IMG/VR virus record: IMGVR_UViG_3300018080_000034
Length of the DNA: 50,237 nt
Strand: one strand, 5' to 3'
From: a virus
Part shown: in pieces, positions 17,651 through 25,091 of the stretch
How positions within the stretch are numbered: position 1 is the stretch's first letter
How the letters are laid out: every line of letters begins with the position of its first letter
Translations under genes and position numbers: made by a program
Notes under the pieces: generated by a model
Told to the model about the DNA's origin: nothing
Seen by the model: the letters and a program-made list of their open reading frames with translations, nothing else
Databases searched by the model: none

Positions 17651-18223
17651 ATGGGTAACATTCAGCCGGGGAGTATTATCGGGTTTAGTGGTAGCGCTGC
17701 CCACAATGCCCTGATTAACTTGGGGACTTACGGGATTCCTGGGTGGAGTCTGAGTCACGTCGGTATCATCGCTTGCGGTCCATGCCGGAAGCCGCTTCTG
17801 TTTGAGTCCTTGTTCTCGTGCGAAGAGCCCTGCGAAATCCTCGGTCGGCAGGTCAGCGGCACTCAAGCTCACACACTGCAAAGCGCGATAGAGCGAAGCT
17901 CTGGGCCCGTCTGGCATTACCCGCTGTATCGAGAGCTTTATGACCACGAGGACAAACGACTAAGCGACTTCCTGGTGGACACCATTGGGACGCCCTACGA
18001 TTACATGGGCGCGTTCCGGTCGGCCGGGATTGGCTTATCGTGGATTGAGTCGCTCTTTCGCCGACAAGACATGACTAAGATTTTCTGTTCTGAGTGGGTC
18101 ATGGCCGCTTATGCCTTCATTGGCCTTCATGCAAATGGGAACGTTAGCCGATGGAATCCAAACCGACTCACGCGCCGCTTGCGGCGATATGGTGTACTTC
18201 TCAAACCGGAGAGGCTGCAATGA
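17651..18223 (+). CDS. Permuted papain-fold NlpC/P60-superfamily hydrolase (YiiX / peptidase C92-like); endolysin candidate
   Basis: 190 aa. It shows PGSIIGF, LSHVGII and IFCSEWV in the His-before-Cys order typical of permuted NlpC/P60 (YiiX/YaeF) proteins. No signal peptide. Confidence 0.55.
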   Translation: MGNIQPGSIIGFSGSAAHNALINLGTYGIPGWSLSHVGIIACGPCRKPLLFESLFSCEEPCEILGRQVSGTQAHTLQSAIERSSGPVWHYPLYRELYDHEDKRLSDFLVDTIGTPYDYMGAFRSAGIGLSWIESLFRRQDMTKIFCSEWVMAAYAFIGLHANGNVSRWNPNRLTRRLRRYGVLLKPERLQ

Positions 18224-18786
18224 AGAGACTCTGCCTGGTCCTTGCGGTGCTTGTGGCGTTCATCGGATGCGAAAGGCAATCGGTAAAGCGTGTCACTCTG
18301 CAATCGCAGGTCGTGAACCCAGAGCGGCCAGTAGTGAACTTGCCGGTAAGCTTGCGTCAAGAGAATTGGTTGCGTAGCGGATCGTGCGTACACGCGACAT
18401 TTGTTTCGCTATTGCGCTGGCAGAATCGACCTAATACAGCGAATTGGTGGCGCAGGACTCATGGCGGGGGCGAGTACCCAGACCACTTTGCTCGCCAGTT
18501 GGATGTTGCGAATATCCGCTACGCGCAGATTACGAATGGCGATGTGTCGTTTCTCGAATGGGCCTGTCGCACTAGACGTGGCTGCGGTATCACCGTTAAG
18601 GGCGGGCGGCACATGGTAGCGCTCGTTCACCTGGATTCCAAGTGGGCCTGCCTTCTCGATAACAACAGCGTCGAGAAATACATTTGGCTTCCCAGAGCAA
18701 CCCTGATCGCTGAATGGAAAGCCAGCTACGGATGGGCAGTCACCCCGATCTACACGCCTGCGGCGCCGTTGCCGTTGGTTTCGTAA
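18220..18786 (+). CDS. Lipoprotein with a papain-like (C39-like) cysteine peptidase signature
   Basis: The ATG at 18220 overlaps the upstream TGA (ATGA). MKRLCLVLAVLVAFIG|C is a lipobox-type signal. Candidate catalytic elements are Q (RQENW), C (GSCVHATFVSLL), H (GGRHMVALVHLD) and LLDNN. Confidence 0.55.
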   Translation: MKRLCLVLAVLVAFIGCERQSVKRVTLQSQVVNPERPVVNLPVSLRQENWLRSGSCVHATFVSLLRWQNRPNTANWWRRTHGGGEYPDHFARQLDVANIRYAQITNGDVSFLEWACRTRRGCGITVKGGRHMVALVHLDSKWACLLDNNSVEKYIWLPRATLIAEWKASYGWAVTPIYTPAAPLPLVS

Positions 18787-18808
18787 CCCTCTTCACAGGA
18801 GAGAGAGT

Positions 18809-19522
18809 ATGGTTCGGTTCCTTCTTTGCGCAGTGGCGATTCTCGCCATTGCGGCCCCGTGCTTGACGCTCGCCGCCGATGGTGTGCTAGTCAAAGAGCG
18901 GGTTGTGAACTTGCCTCAGGACGGCAGTAAGTGGTACGTGAGCCTCTACGGTGACAAGGACGACCCCACGCTCGGTGAATTGGAGCGATGGTTTGATTCG
19001 CACGTTGGCTTGATTGACCTAGCGAGGCAGACGCATTACCGCACGTATCACAGCGACACAACTCTGTTCAAGGAACGGTACGCCAAGGATACGCCAGTCT
19101 TGCCAGCGGTGAAAATCCAGCAGGCGAACGGCGTGGTCGTGTACAAAGCCGCCGGCGATCACATCCCGTATTCGCCTGACGCGCTCTATACCGCTATGGC
19201 GAACGCTACACAGAACGTCATTGAAACTGGTGGTGTCTTCCGTCGCCCGAAGCGGCCGGTACTGCCGTGGCGCAGGAAGATCGAAGACGAGCTTCGTAAC
19301 TGCAATCCACAGCCGATTGACGATGAACCGCCCCAATTGGACCCGCCGCCTGCGCCCATTGACGACGGTGGGCCGCCTAAACTGGAAATCGAGCCTGAGC
19401 CTGAGCCTGAATCGGCTGGGCTGCCGGCGTGGGCTATTGTGCTCATGGGCGTTGGCTCTGGCCTTGGGGGCATTGCAGTGGGAGGCGTTCGTATCCTCCG
19501 CGAAGTTCTCTCGGGCGACTAG
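18809..19522 (+). CDS. Exported protein with an N-terminal signal peptide, a Pro/Glu-rich linker and a C-terminal TM anchor
   Basis: 237 aa. Signal MVRFLLCAVAILAIAAPCLTLA|ADG, linker PQPIDDEPPQLDPPPAPIDDGGPPKLEIEPEPEPE, C-terminal LPAWAIVLMGVGSGLGGIAVGGV. Confidence 0.55.
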   Translation: MVRFLLCAVAILAIAAPCLTLAADGVLVKERVVNLPQDGSKWYVSLYGDKDDPTLGELERWFDSHVGLIDLARQTHYRTYHSDTTLFKERYAKDTPVLPAVKIQQANGVVVYKAAGDHIPYSPDALYTAMANATQNVIETGGVFRRPKRPVLPWRRKIEDELRNCNPQPIDDEPPQLDPPPAPIDDGGPPKLEIEPEPEPESAGLPAWAIVLMGVGSGLGGIAVGGVRILREVLSGD

Positions 19523-19594
19523 TCGCTAACACTTTCCTGAATCACGTCATTTTCTCACGTAAGAAACACGAATCTTTCACCCAGGAGTTGCAAC

Positions 19595-20005
19595 ATGAGT
19601 CCTTTGGAAGTCACCCTTGTTTGTGTCCTTTCTGCCCTTGCTGGCTTCGGTTTGATCCGCGCGTACTATAAGCTCGACGAGAAGCGAGAGGACCGCCGGC
19701 GCGCCGCTGCGCAACTGGCGAACGCCCTGTCGAAGATGGGCCTGAAGCGCATCCCCGAAATCCTGATCGCCTATTCGGTCGGTGACTACTCGGGCATGGT
19801 ACAGCAGATCGCCGAGTGTGTCAGGCTGTTCCTGGCCGGCGAGGAAGCCGTACTAGCTGAGTTCAACGAGGTTTTCGAGCGCGTGCTAACTGCGAAGCTC
19901 AAGACGGAATCCGGCCGTGTCTTCCTCGCTGCGAAGCTGGCCGACGCCGTGAAGCCCGATGATCCCGAGGTCGTCAAGAACGCGCCGAAGGCCAAGGCCG
20001 CCTAG
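19595..20005 (+). CDS. Membrane protein with a single N-terminal TM segment
   Basis: 136 aa. VTLVCVLSALAGFGLI is followed by a charged helical domain. RBS caggagttgcaacATG. Confidence 0.5.
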   Translation: MSPLEVTLVCVLSALAGFGLIRAYYKLDEKREDRRRAAAQLANALSKMGLKRIPEILIAYSVGDYSGMVQQIAECVRLFLAGEEAVLAEFNEVFERVLTAKLKTESGRVFLAAKLADAVKPDDPEVVKNAPKAKAA

Positions 20006-20113
20006 CGAATCACTGGCCGGTCAGTGAGCCAGGTCCGACCACAGATGCGGCGTGCTCGTGGCATTATTGCGGCGGGCTCGTCGCCAGGTCGGGCCCCTTC
20101 TTGGAGCCAAGCT

Positions 20114-20512
20114 ATGTTCAAGGACTGGATTGCCATGTTCCTAATGACGATCGCAGCCACAGTGCTCGTGTGGTCGCTGATCGTCATGTTAGTGGCAAGC
20201 CTAGGTTGCGAAAAGCAAGCTCCAGCACGGCCCCCGCAGCCCGAGCCACCTACGCCAGCCGTCGAAGTCGTGGCCTTCACGGCGGCGTGGTGTGAGCCGT
20301 GTAAACGCGCCAAGCCCATCCTCGATCAGATCGAGAGGGCTGGCGCTCTGGTCTGGCAATTCGACGTGGACGAGTACCCCGAGCGCGCTAAGAACTGGGG
20401 TGTCAAGGCCGTGCCGACATTCTTCCTGTTCCGGCCAGACTGTGCGGTGCTCCAGCTGCACAATGCAGCCGAATTACTAAGGCTGGTTCAACAGGCACTC
20501 GGCAAGGGGTGA
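20114..20512 (+). CDS. Exported thioredoxin-fold lipoprotein (WCEPC active site)
   Basis: The ATG at 20114 has a GGAG 7 nt upstream. The hydrophobic leader ends in VASLG|C. It carries the WCEPC CxxC motif and the cis-Pro motif AVPTFFLF. The longer 20024 start shown in the ORF track looks unlikely. Confidence 0.7.
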   Translation: MFKDWIAMFLMTIAATVLVWSLIVMLVASLGCEKQAPARPPQPEPPTPAVEVVAFTAAWCEPCKRAKPILDQIERAGALVWQFDVDEYPERAKNWGVKAVPTFFLFRPDCAVLQLHNAAELLRLVQQALGKG

Positions 20513-20516
20513 GTTC

Positions 20517-20780
20517 ATGGATTGGGCAGCACTGGGTATCGTCCTTGGCGCGGCTGGTTTGGTGTGCCCGTGGGTATTTAAGGTTCATGGCAAGCTGGCC
20601 GTTCTCACCGAGCAGATGGGGGAGGATGGGAAGTTTGCCGTGTTGGCCGCGCAGATCGAGCGCATTGAAACTCTCCTCACGCAGGGTAATGGATACCCTA
20701 CTAGATGCGCCGTCCATGAAGAGCAGATTATGACACTGCGGCGCGATGTGGACGGTCTGTGGAGTGCCAGGGCAGGGTAG
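20517..20780 (+). CDS. Small membrane protein (N-terminal TM plus coiled coil); holin/lysis-regulator candidate
   Basis: 87 aa. WAALGIVLGAAGLVCPWVF is followed by a heptad-like region. Last gene of the cassette, before a strong terminator. Confidence 0.45.
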   Translation: MDWAALGIVLGAAGLVCPWVFKVHGKLAVLTEQMGEDGKFAVLAAQIERIETLLTQGNGYPTRCAVHEEQIMTLRRDVDGLWSARAG

Positions 20781-20820
20781 GCCAGGAACCGGCCGAAATC
20801 GTGCGAGGCTTGCTGGTATA

Positions 20821-20851
20821 AGGCCACCGGACTTCCGGTGGCCTTTCTTTA
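20821..20851 (+). terminator. Rho-independent terminator ending the late/lysis operon
   Basis: aggccaccgg (20821-20830), loop actt, ccggtggcct (20835-20844), then ttcttta. Confidence 0.7.
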
Positions 20852-21235
20852 TGGCCCGTGGTAAGATGGCCTGCATGGGCCTCCTGGGGCTTCTGGCGAT
20901 AGGTGTTGTGCGCACAACCGCATGGCGCGAAATTGCAACTAAAACGACACCATTCCCCGCTTGCGGGTGGGGCGGCGGAAGCTCTGTAAGTCATTGCACG
21001 GCCAGAGGTTACGCCGTTCAGTATCCGGGGAGCGCCTGGTGAGTAACGTAGACTGGATAAGCACCGCAAGACAAGCCGTGGTAGGTGTAACGTGCATAAC
21101 CGCAACGACTTATGCGTCTCTGAGAAAAGTTGTGTGGACACGGACACAACCACTTGCACAACTGCCGGGCTTGAAGTATACTGGAAAGGAGCGTAGTGAA
21201 ATCCATCTGTGCCGTACCCTGCCGAGAGAGACACC

Positions 21236-22384
21236 ATGCAGCCAGCCAAAGTACAGAAATGGCGCGAGTGGAAAGCCAGTCGCCCAGACTTCCCATTGAC
21301 TGTCCACCCGCGGGGGCAGTGGGCCAAGCGGGTACGCGGGAAGCTCCGGTACTTCGGCCCCCTGGGCGACCCCGAGGGGGCTGTGGCGCTATGGGCTCAC
21401 GAAAAGGATCACCTACTGGCCGGCATGACTCCTCCGGGGTGCGCCCACGGCCTCTCGGTCAAAGAGCTACTGGCGGCTCACTTGGCAGACGTTGAGGATC
21501 GTATCGCCGCCGGCAAGCTCTCCCCGCGTACCCGTGGTGAGTATGCGGTGCTACCGCGATTCTTCCGTAAGGCGTCCCTGATGTCGCTGCCGGCTAATCG
21601 GCTCGGCCCCCAGCAGTTTGCGGTCCTACAGCGCGCCATTGAGCAATCGGGACGCCGACTGAGTTCGCAGAAGGCGGTCATTGTGTCCATTCGTACCGTC
21701 TTCAATTGGGGTCAGCGCATGGGTCTAGTTAAGGGCGTGGACTTCGGGCCGCGGTTCACCGCGCCGTCGATCAATGCGATTGAAGCCGAGAGAGACGCCA
21801 GGGCGCCATCGCGTTTTATAGACCGCGACCTGATTCAAGCCGCCCTTGACGCTGCCTCGCCGCGGCTTACGGTGGTGATTTTGTTAGGCATTAACTGCGG
21901 ATTCTATCCAAGCGATTCTGCCACGATCCCCCGAACGCGGATTCATCTGGATTGCCCGATTCCATTCCATGACTTTCGGCGCGTGAAGAATGGTAGCCGC
22001 CGCATGGCTGCCCTGTGGCCTGAGACCGTGACGGCCATTCGGGATTACAGCGATTGGCACAGGCACGGCAGAAATACACAAGAACACTGCCTCTTATTGA
22101 CGAAAGACGGTAGAGCCATGACTGCGCAGAACGGCTCCGCGCAGTTATCCGAGGATTTTAAGCAGGTCGTGGCTCTACCAGCGGGCGTAGGCTTAGGCTC
22201 GCTGAGGCATACCTACGCCACGGTCATTGACACCGTCCCCGATCAGGCCATGATTGACTTGACGATGGGGCACGCTAGTAAATCGCTCCAAAAGCGCGTC
22301 TACCGCCAGTTAAACATGCGCGAACTCCCGCGACTGAAAGTGCTCGCGGACACGGTGAGATCATGGCTTTACGATCTTCCTTGA
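21236..22384 (+). CDS. int: Tyrosine recombinase / phage integrase
   Basis: Shows GSLRHTYAT and MGHASKSLQKRVYRQ (R..H-x-x-R...H...Y catalytic pattern) and an N-terminal SAM-like domain. The ATG at 21236 follows gagagag; the ORF track starts at GTG 21209. Confidence 0.85.
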   Translation: MQPAKVQKWREWKASRPDFPLTVHPRGQWAKRVRGKLRYFGPLGDPEGAVALWAHEKDHLLAGMTPPGCAHGLSVKELLAAHLADVEDRIAAGKLSPRTRGEYAVLPRFFRKASLMSLPANRLGPQQFAVLQRAIEQSGRRLSSQKAVIVSIRTVFNWGQRMGLVKGVDFGPRFTAPSINAIEAERDARAPSRFIDRDLIQAALDAASPRLTVVILLGINCGFYPSDSATIPRTRIHLDCPIPFHDFRRVKNGSRRMAALWPETVTAIRDYSDWHRHGRNTQEHCLLLTKDGRAMTAQNGSAQLSEDFKQVVALPAGVGLGSLRHTYATVIDTVPDQAMIDLTMGHASKSLQKRVYRQLNMRELPRLKVLADTVRSWLYDLP

Positions 22385-22409
22385 CAGGGACCGGGGCTGT
22401 GGGTATCCT
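22381..22409 (+). promoter_or_regulatory. Sigma70-like promoter for the XRE / small-TM gene pair
   Basis: TTGACA (22381-22386), a 17-nt spacer, then TATCCT (22404-22409). It overlaps the integrase stop codon. Confidence 0.5.
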
Positions 22410-22464
22410 GGAGTGTACTGTGGATGCCAGAATACCGATTATTGCCCAGGATGGGGGGGGCACC

Positions 22465-22794
22465 ATGCACAAACAGAAATCCGAGGCGTTTATCCAGTTG
22501 AGTGAAGCGATCAGGCGCGAAATCCTTGTTCGCATGAACCACTGCAATCTCGATCAGAAAACCGTTGCTCGACGCGCGGATATTACTGAGACAACGGCAA
22601 CGCGAATCCTTAGCCTTCACAAGCCGCCTGCTGACCTAAAGCTCTCGACGCTCTTTGCGATCGCGGACGCTGTTGACCTGGAGGTTAAGGTCAATTTCTT
22701 CGGCAAGATAGCCGACACCAGCGGTGGCAAGAATCGCAGGAAGCGCACGGCGCGCCCGCACCGCTGCACTCGTGACACTAAGAGGCGACTCTGA
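22465..22794 (+). CDS. XRE/Cro-CI-family HTH regulator (candidate lysogeny repressor)
   Basis: 109 aa from the ATG at 22465. LDQKTVARRADITETTATRILS is a classic HTH_3-type motif, followed by a basic tail. The ORF-track start at 22363 would overlap int. Confidence 0.7.
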   Translation: MHKQKSEAFIQLSEAIRREILVRMNHCNLDQKTVARRADITETTATRILSLHKPPADLKLSTLFAIADAVDLEVKVNFFGKIADTSGGKNRRKRTARPHRCTRDTKRRL

Positions 22795-22922
22795 TGCGAA
22801 GTGATTGGAGGGTCATCCTAGACAGGGTATTACTCCTGGCTATGGGGATTCTGATTCTCGTGGCCGCTGGCGCCCTAGCGCTAATTGTCGAAATGCTGCG
22901 CTGCGCCAGTGTGCTGCCGTAA
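22794..22922 (+). CDS. 42-aa single-TM peptide (not in the ORF track)
   Basis: The ATG overlaps the XRE gene stop (ATGA). Sequence MRSDWRVILDRVLLLAMGILILVAAGALALIVEMLRCASVLP. The TAA lies 1 nt from the convergent methylase stop. Confidence 0.45.
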   Translation: MRSDWRVILDRVLLLAMGILILVAAGALALIVEMLRCASVLP

Positions 22923-22923
22923 C

Positions 22924-23769
22924 TTATCGCGGCTGTAGTCGCCCGTGCCCCCTGGGGCAAGCGTAATAGTCCTTACTGGTGGGTATCATCGGCAGTCCGC
23001 ACTCTAGGCATTTCATGGCGGCCGTCCAGGTTGGCGCGGAAAAGGACTTCCTACGCTCCATGCCGTGCTCCCCTGCGATTTTCTCGCAATACTCCCTCTC
23101 GCGCTCAATCAGGGTACACTGGAAGCCGAGCCGGTGACATACGCGCAGCGTGGTCCCGGTGCCAGCGAACGGGTCTAGTACCGCGCCGCCCTCGGGTGTC
23201 GTGAGGCGCAGGCAACGCTCGACTAGGCCCTCATTGAGTTGGGTGGGGTGCCACGAGCGGCGCTGCTTAGAGTTGCCCGTCACCTTCGGGAAGTCGAATA
23301 CATCGCTCGGAACTCGGCCGCGAGGATCAGCACGCTTGTCGCCATTTTTCTGCCGCCAAGACGGTACGCGAATGGCATCGGGAAAGAGCGGTGCATCCGC
23401 GTGTTGCAATCGCAGTAATGGTCTGTGGTTATTCCCCAGGTCGTGGTGATTGTGCTGGCCGAAGGTGAAGGTCTGAACGCAATTACGAGCGCGCAGCCAG
23501 CCAAGATCGCGCAGCATGTCATGTACGATCATTCCGACTGCGAAGCTCCACTTGGCGTTATACGAGAGCCAGACTGTCTTTGCGTGGTGTGCAAAGCATC
23601 GTAGCCAGATATTAAGCATATTGGTGTACTGACCGTCTGGAATACTGTCATTGCTTGTGGCATACTTCTTGCCAATGTTATCCGGAGGGTCAGCAAAAAT
23701 GGTATCCCAGGACTGGTTGCTCGTGCGAATCCAGTCCTTGCAATCGGCGTTAATCAGTGTGTGGTGCAT
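22924..23769 (-). CDS. DNA N4/N6 methyltransferase (beta-class order) with a C-terminal Zn ribbon
   Basis: Motif IV-like IFADPPDNIG lies upstream of motif I VLDPFAGTGTT. C-terminal CLECG...CPRGHG. Start taken at MHHTL (ATG 23769), overlapping the upstream gene by 20 nt. Confidence 0.8.
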   Translation of the reverse strand: MHHTLINADCKDWIRTSNQSWDTIFADPPDNIGKKYATSNDSIPDGQYTNMLNIWLRCFAHHAKTVWLSYNAKWSFAVGMIVHDMLRDLGWLRARNCVQTFTFGQHNHHDLGNNHRPLLRLQHADAPLFPDAIRVPSWRQKNGDKRADPRGRVPSDVFDFPKVTGNSKQRRSWHPTQLNEGLVERCLRLTTPEGGAVLDPFAGTGTTLRVCHRLGFQCTLIEREREYCEKIAGEHGMERRKSFSAPTWTAAMKCLECGLPMIPTSKDYYACPRGHGRLQPR

Positions 23770-24058
23770 TGAAGTTACTGGCCCAGAGAGTGTAGATTGC
23801 CGCAAAGTTGACAGACCATTGCGGGCCGTGTGCGTAGGCTTGTGAGATTGCCAGCGCGTGAGCCCATTCATGCAAGAGTGTGTCTACCTGGCCCGTTTTG
23901 TCTTGATCGGAGTTGACGTAGATACGAAAGGTCCGCCCGTCAAAAGTGGTGATACCGTGGTTCCGCTTTGCTGGTCGGCGATGCACGCGCACGGGCGCAT
24001 CGAGCGGAAAGTGCTTACGAAGATTGCGCACGAGTGCGCGCCATTTCTGAGTAGTCAT
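23750..24058 (-). CDS. Small HExxH zinc-metallopeptidase-like protein (SprT/WLM-like)
   Basis: 102 aa from the ATG at 24058 (ATGA overlap with the upstream stop). Contains TLLHEWAHAL. Confidence 0.5.
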   Translation of the reverse strand: MTTQKWRALVRNLRKHFPLDAPVRVHRRPAKRNHGITTFDGRTFRIYVNSDQDKTGQVDTLLHEWAHALAISQAYAHGPQWSVNFAAIYTLWASNFNAPHTD

Positions 24059-24603
24059 GTTGTACTCGCACGCGGGAAGTTGAAGAAATACCACCGATTG
24101 AGGCGGTCGATCACGGGGTCGTGGGCGATATGCCGCAAGTAGCGGTAAACCTCCTCCCAAGTCGAGAAGATCAACTGATGGGGCAGCATGGCGAGAAGCC
24201 ACAGCGGCGTGCGCTCCTTGCCGCCGATAAGATGCACGATGATAGGCTTCTTTTGCCGGTTGGCATTGGCTATCTCTTCGTGCGTTCCGAAGGTGGGTAC
24301 ATCAGGGTCAAGATTCACGATTAGGAAATCACTAATGTCGGTCATGCGTAGATCAATACAGCGAATCGTTCTCATAATGTTGCGTACCGCGTCGTAGTCA
24401 CATGCGGATCGCGCCTGGATCAACTCCCGCTTGGTCTCTGGTGTCTCGTGACCTATAATAGTAGGCTTGTTGGTTGGATCGAGCCAGCAGATATGCAGGT
24501 CAGCTAGATCGGCTTGGAGCGCTTGACGCCACTCCACGCCGTTGTCGGCGTCTTTTTCCATCGCACCAGCTAGGTAGCAGCGATTGCCTCGTAGTCGGTT
24601 CAT
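24055..24603 (-). CDS. Nucleoside 2-deoxyribosyltransferase-like protein
   Basis: 182 aa. CYLAGAM near the N-terminus and DPDVPTFGTHEEIANANRQKKPIIV fit the family pattern (..D.GT..E.G.A...KP...). Confidence 0.5.
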   Translation of the reverse strand: MNRLRGNRCYLAGAMEKDADNGVEWRQALQADLADLHICWLDPTNKPTIIGHETPETKRELIQARSACDYDAVRNIMRTIRCIDLRMTDISDFLIVNLDPDVPTFGTHEEIANANRQKKPIIVHLIGGKERTPLWLLAMLPHQLIFSTWEEVYRYLRHIAHDPVIDRLNRWYFFNFPRASTT

Positions 24604-25091
24604 GCTAGCCCTTTCATTGAGTCACCGCAAATATCCGGGGATAAGCCGAGATCGCACCCAGAATCACGGTACTGACAATGGCTGCACGGGTCTTTGCTTT
24701 TCAAGTGCTCGTGCAGTAGACCAGAGGCATTGAACAGTACGCCGCACAGCGCCTCGGTCAGCGTGATTTCATGGCCGTCCTTTGGATCAAACGCCCGCCA
24801 TCCCCGATGGATAGTCCATACATCGACCCAATGACGCCACCCTGATTTGCGATACTGGTCTTGCGGGATTCCTTTCTGCCAGTTGTCGCTTGCTCGCATC
24901 GCGCCGTCAGCCTGCACGCGATGCGCGTGCATGTACTCCGCGTAGCGCTTGAGCACGAGCGGGCTCAGAAAGCCGTCGTAGTCGAGCTTCCCGTCGTCGG
25001 AATCGCGTGTGGCTCCGCTATCGAATGTCCGCACGATGCTTTCCTTTGGTGTGTGAATCGGGACTTGTGATACTTTTCGCCGCGACCGCAC
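24600..25091 (-). CDS. DUF5664-like (dATP/dGTP diphosphohydrolase N-terminal domain-like) protein
   Basis: FDSGATRDSDDGKLDYDGFLSPLVLKRYAEYMHAH...SDNWQKGIP matches the F.TGA.R...(K/R).dy.L.sP..L.r.A......NW.kG pattern recalled for this phage family. The start is uncertain because of a long overlap with the upstream gene. Confidence 0.5.
   Translation of the reverse strand: MRSRRKVSQVPIHTPKESIVRTFDSGATRDSDDGKLDYDGFLSPLVLKRYAEYMHAHRVQADGAMRASDNWQKGIPQDQYRKSGWRHWVDVWTIHRGWRAFDPKDGHEITLTEALCGVLFNASGLLHEHLKSKDPCSHCQYRDSGCDLGLSPDICGDSMKGLA

Noticed and set aside
20024-20113. The long N-terminal extension of the thioredoxin ORF (track start 20024), and similar track extensions at 18151, 21209, 22363, 23871, 24202, 26660, 32324, 32986, 33354, 35263, 35480, 41073, 41900, 42127 and 45016.
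   Set aside because: The internal starts have RBSs and/or ATGA/GTGA stop-start coupling, and they give family-typical N-termini. The extensions overlap upstream genes or conserved non-coding elements.
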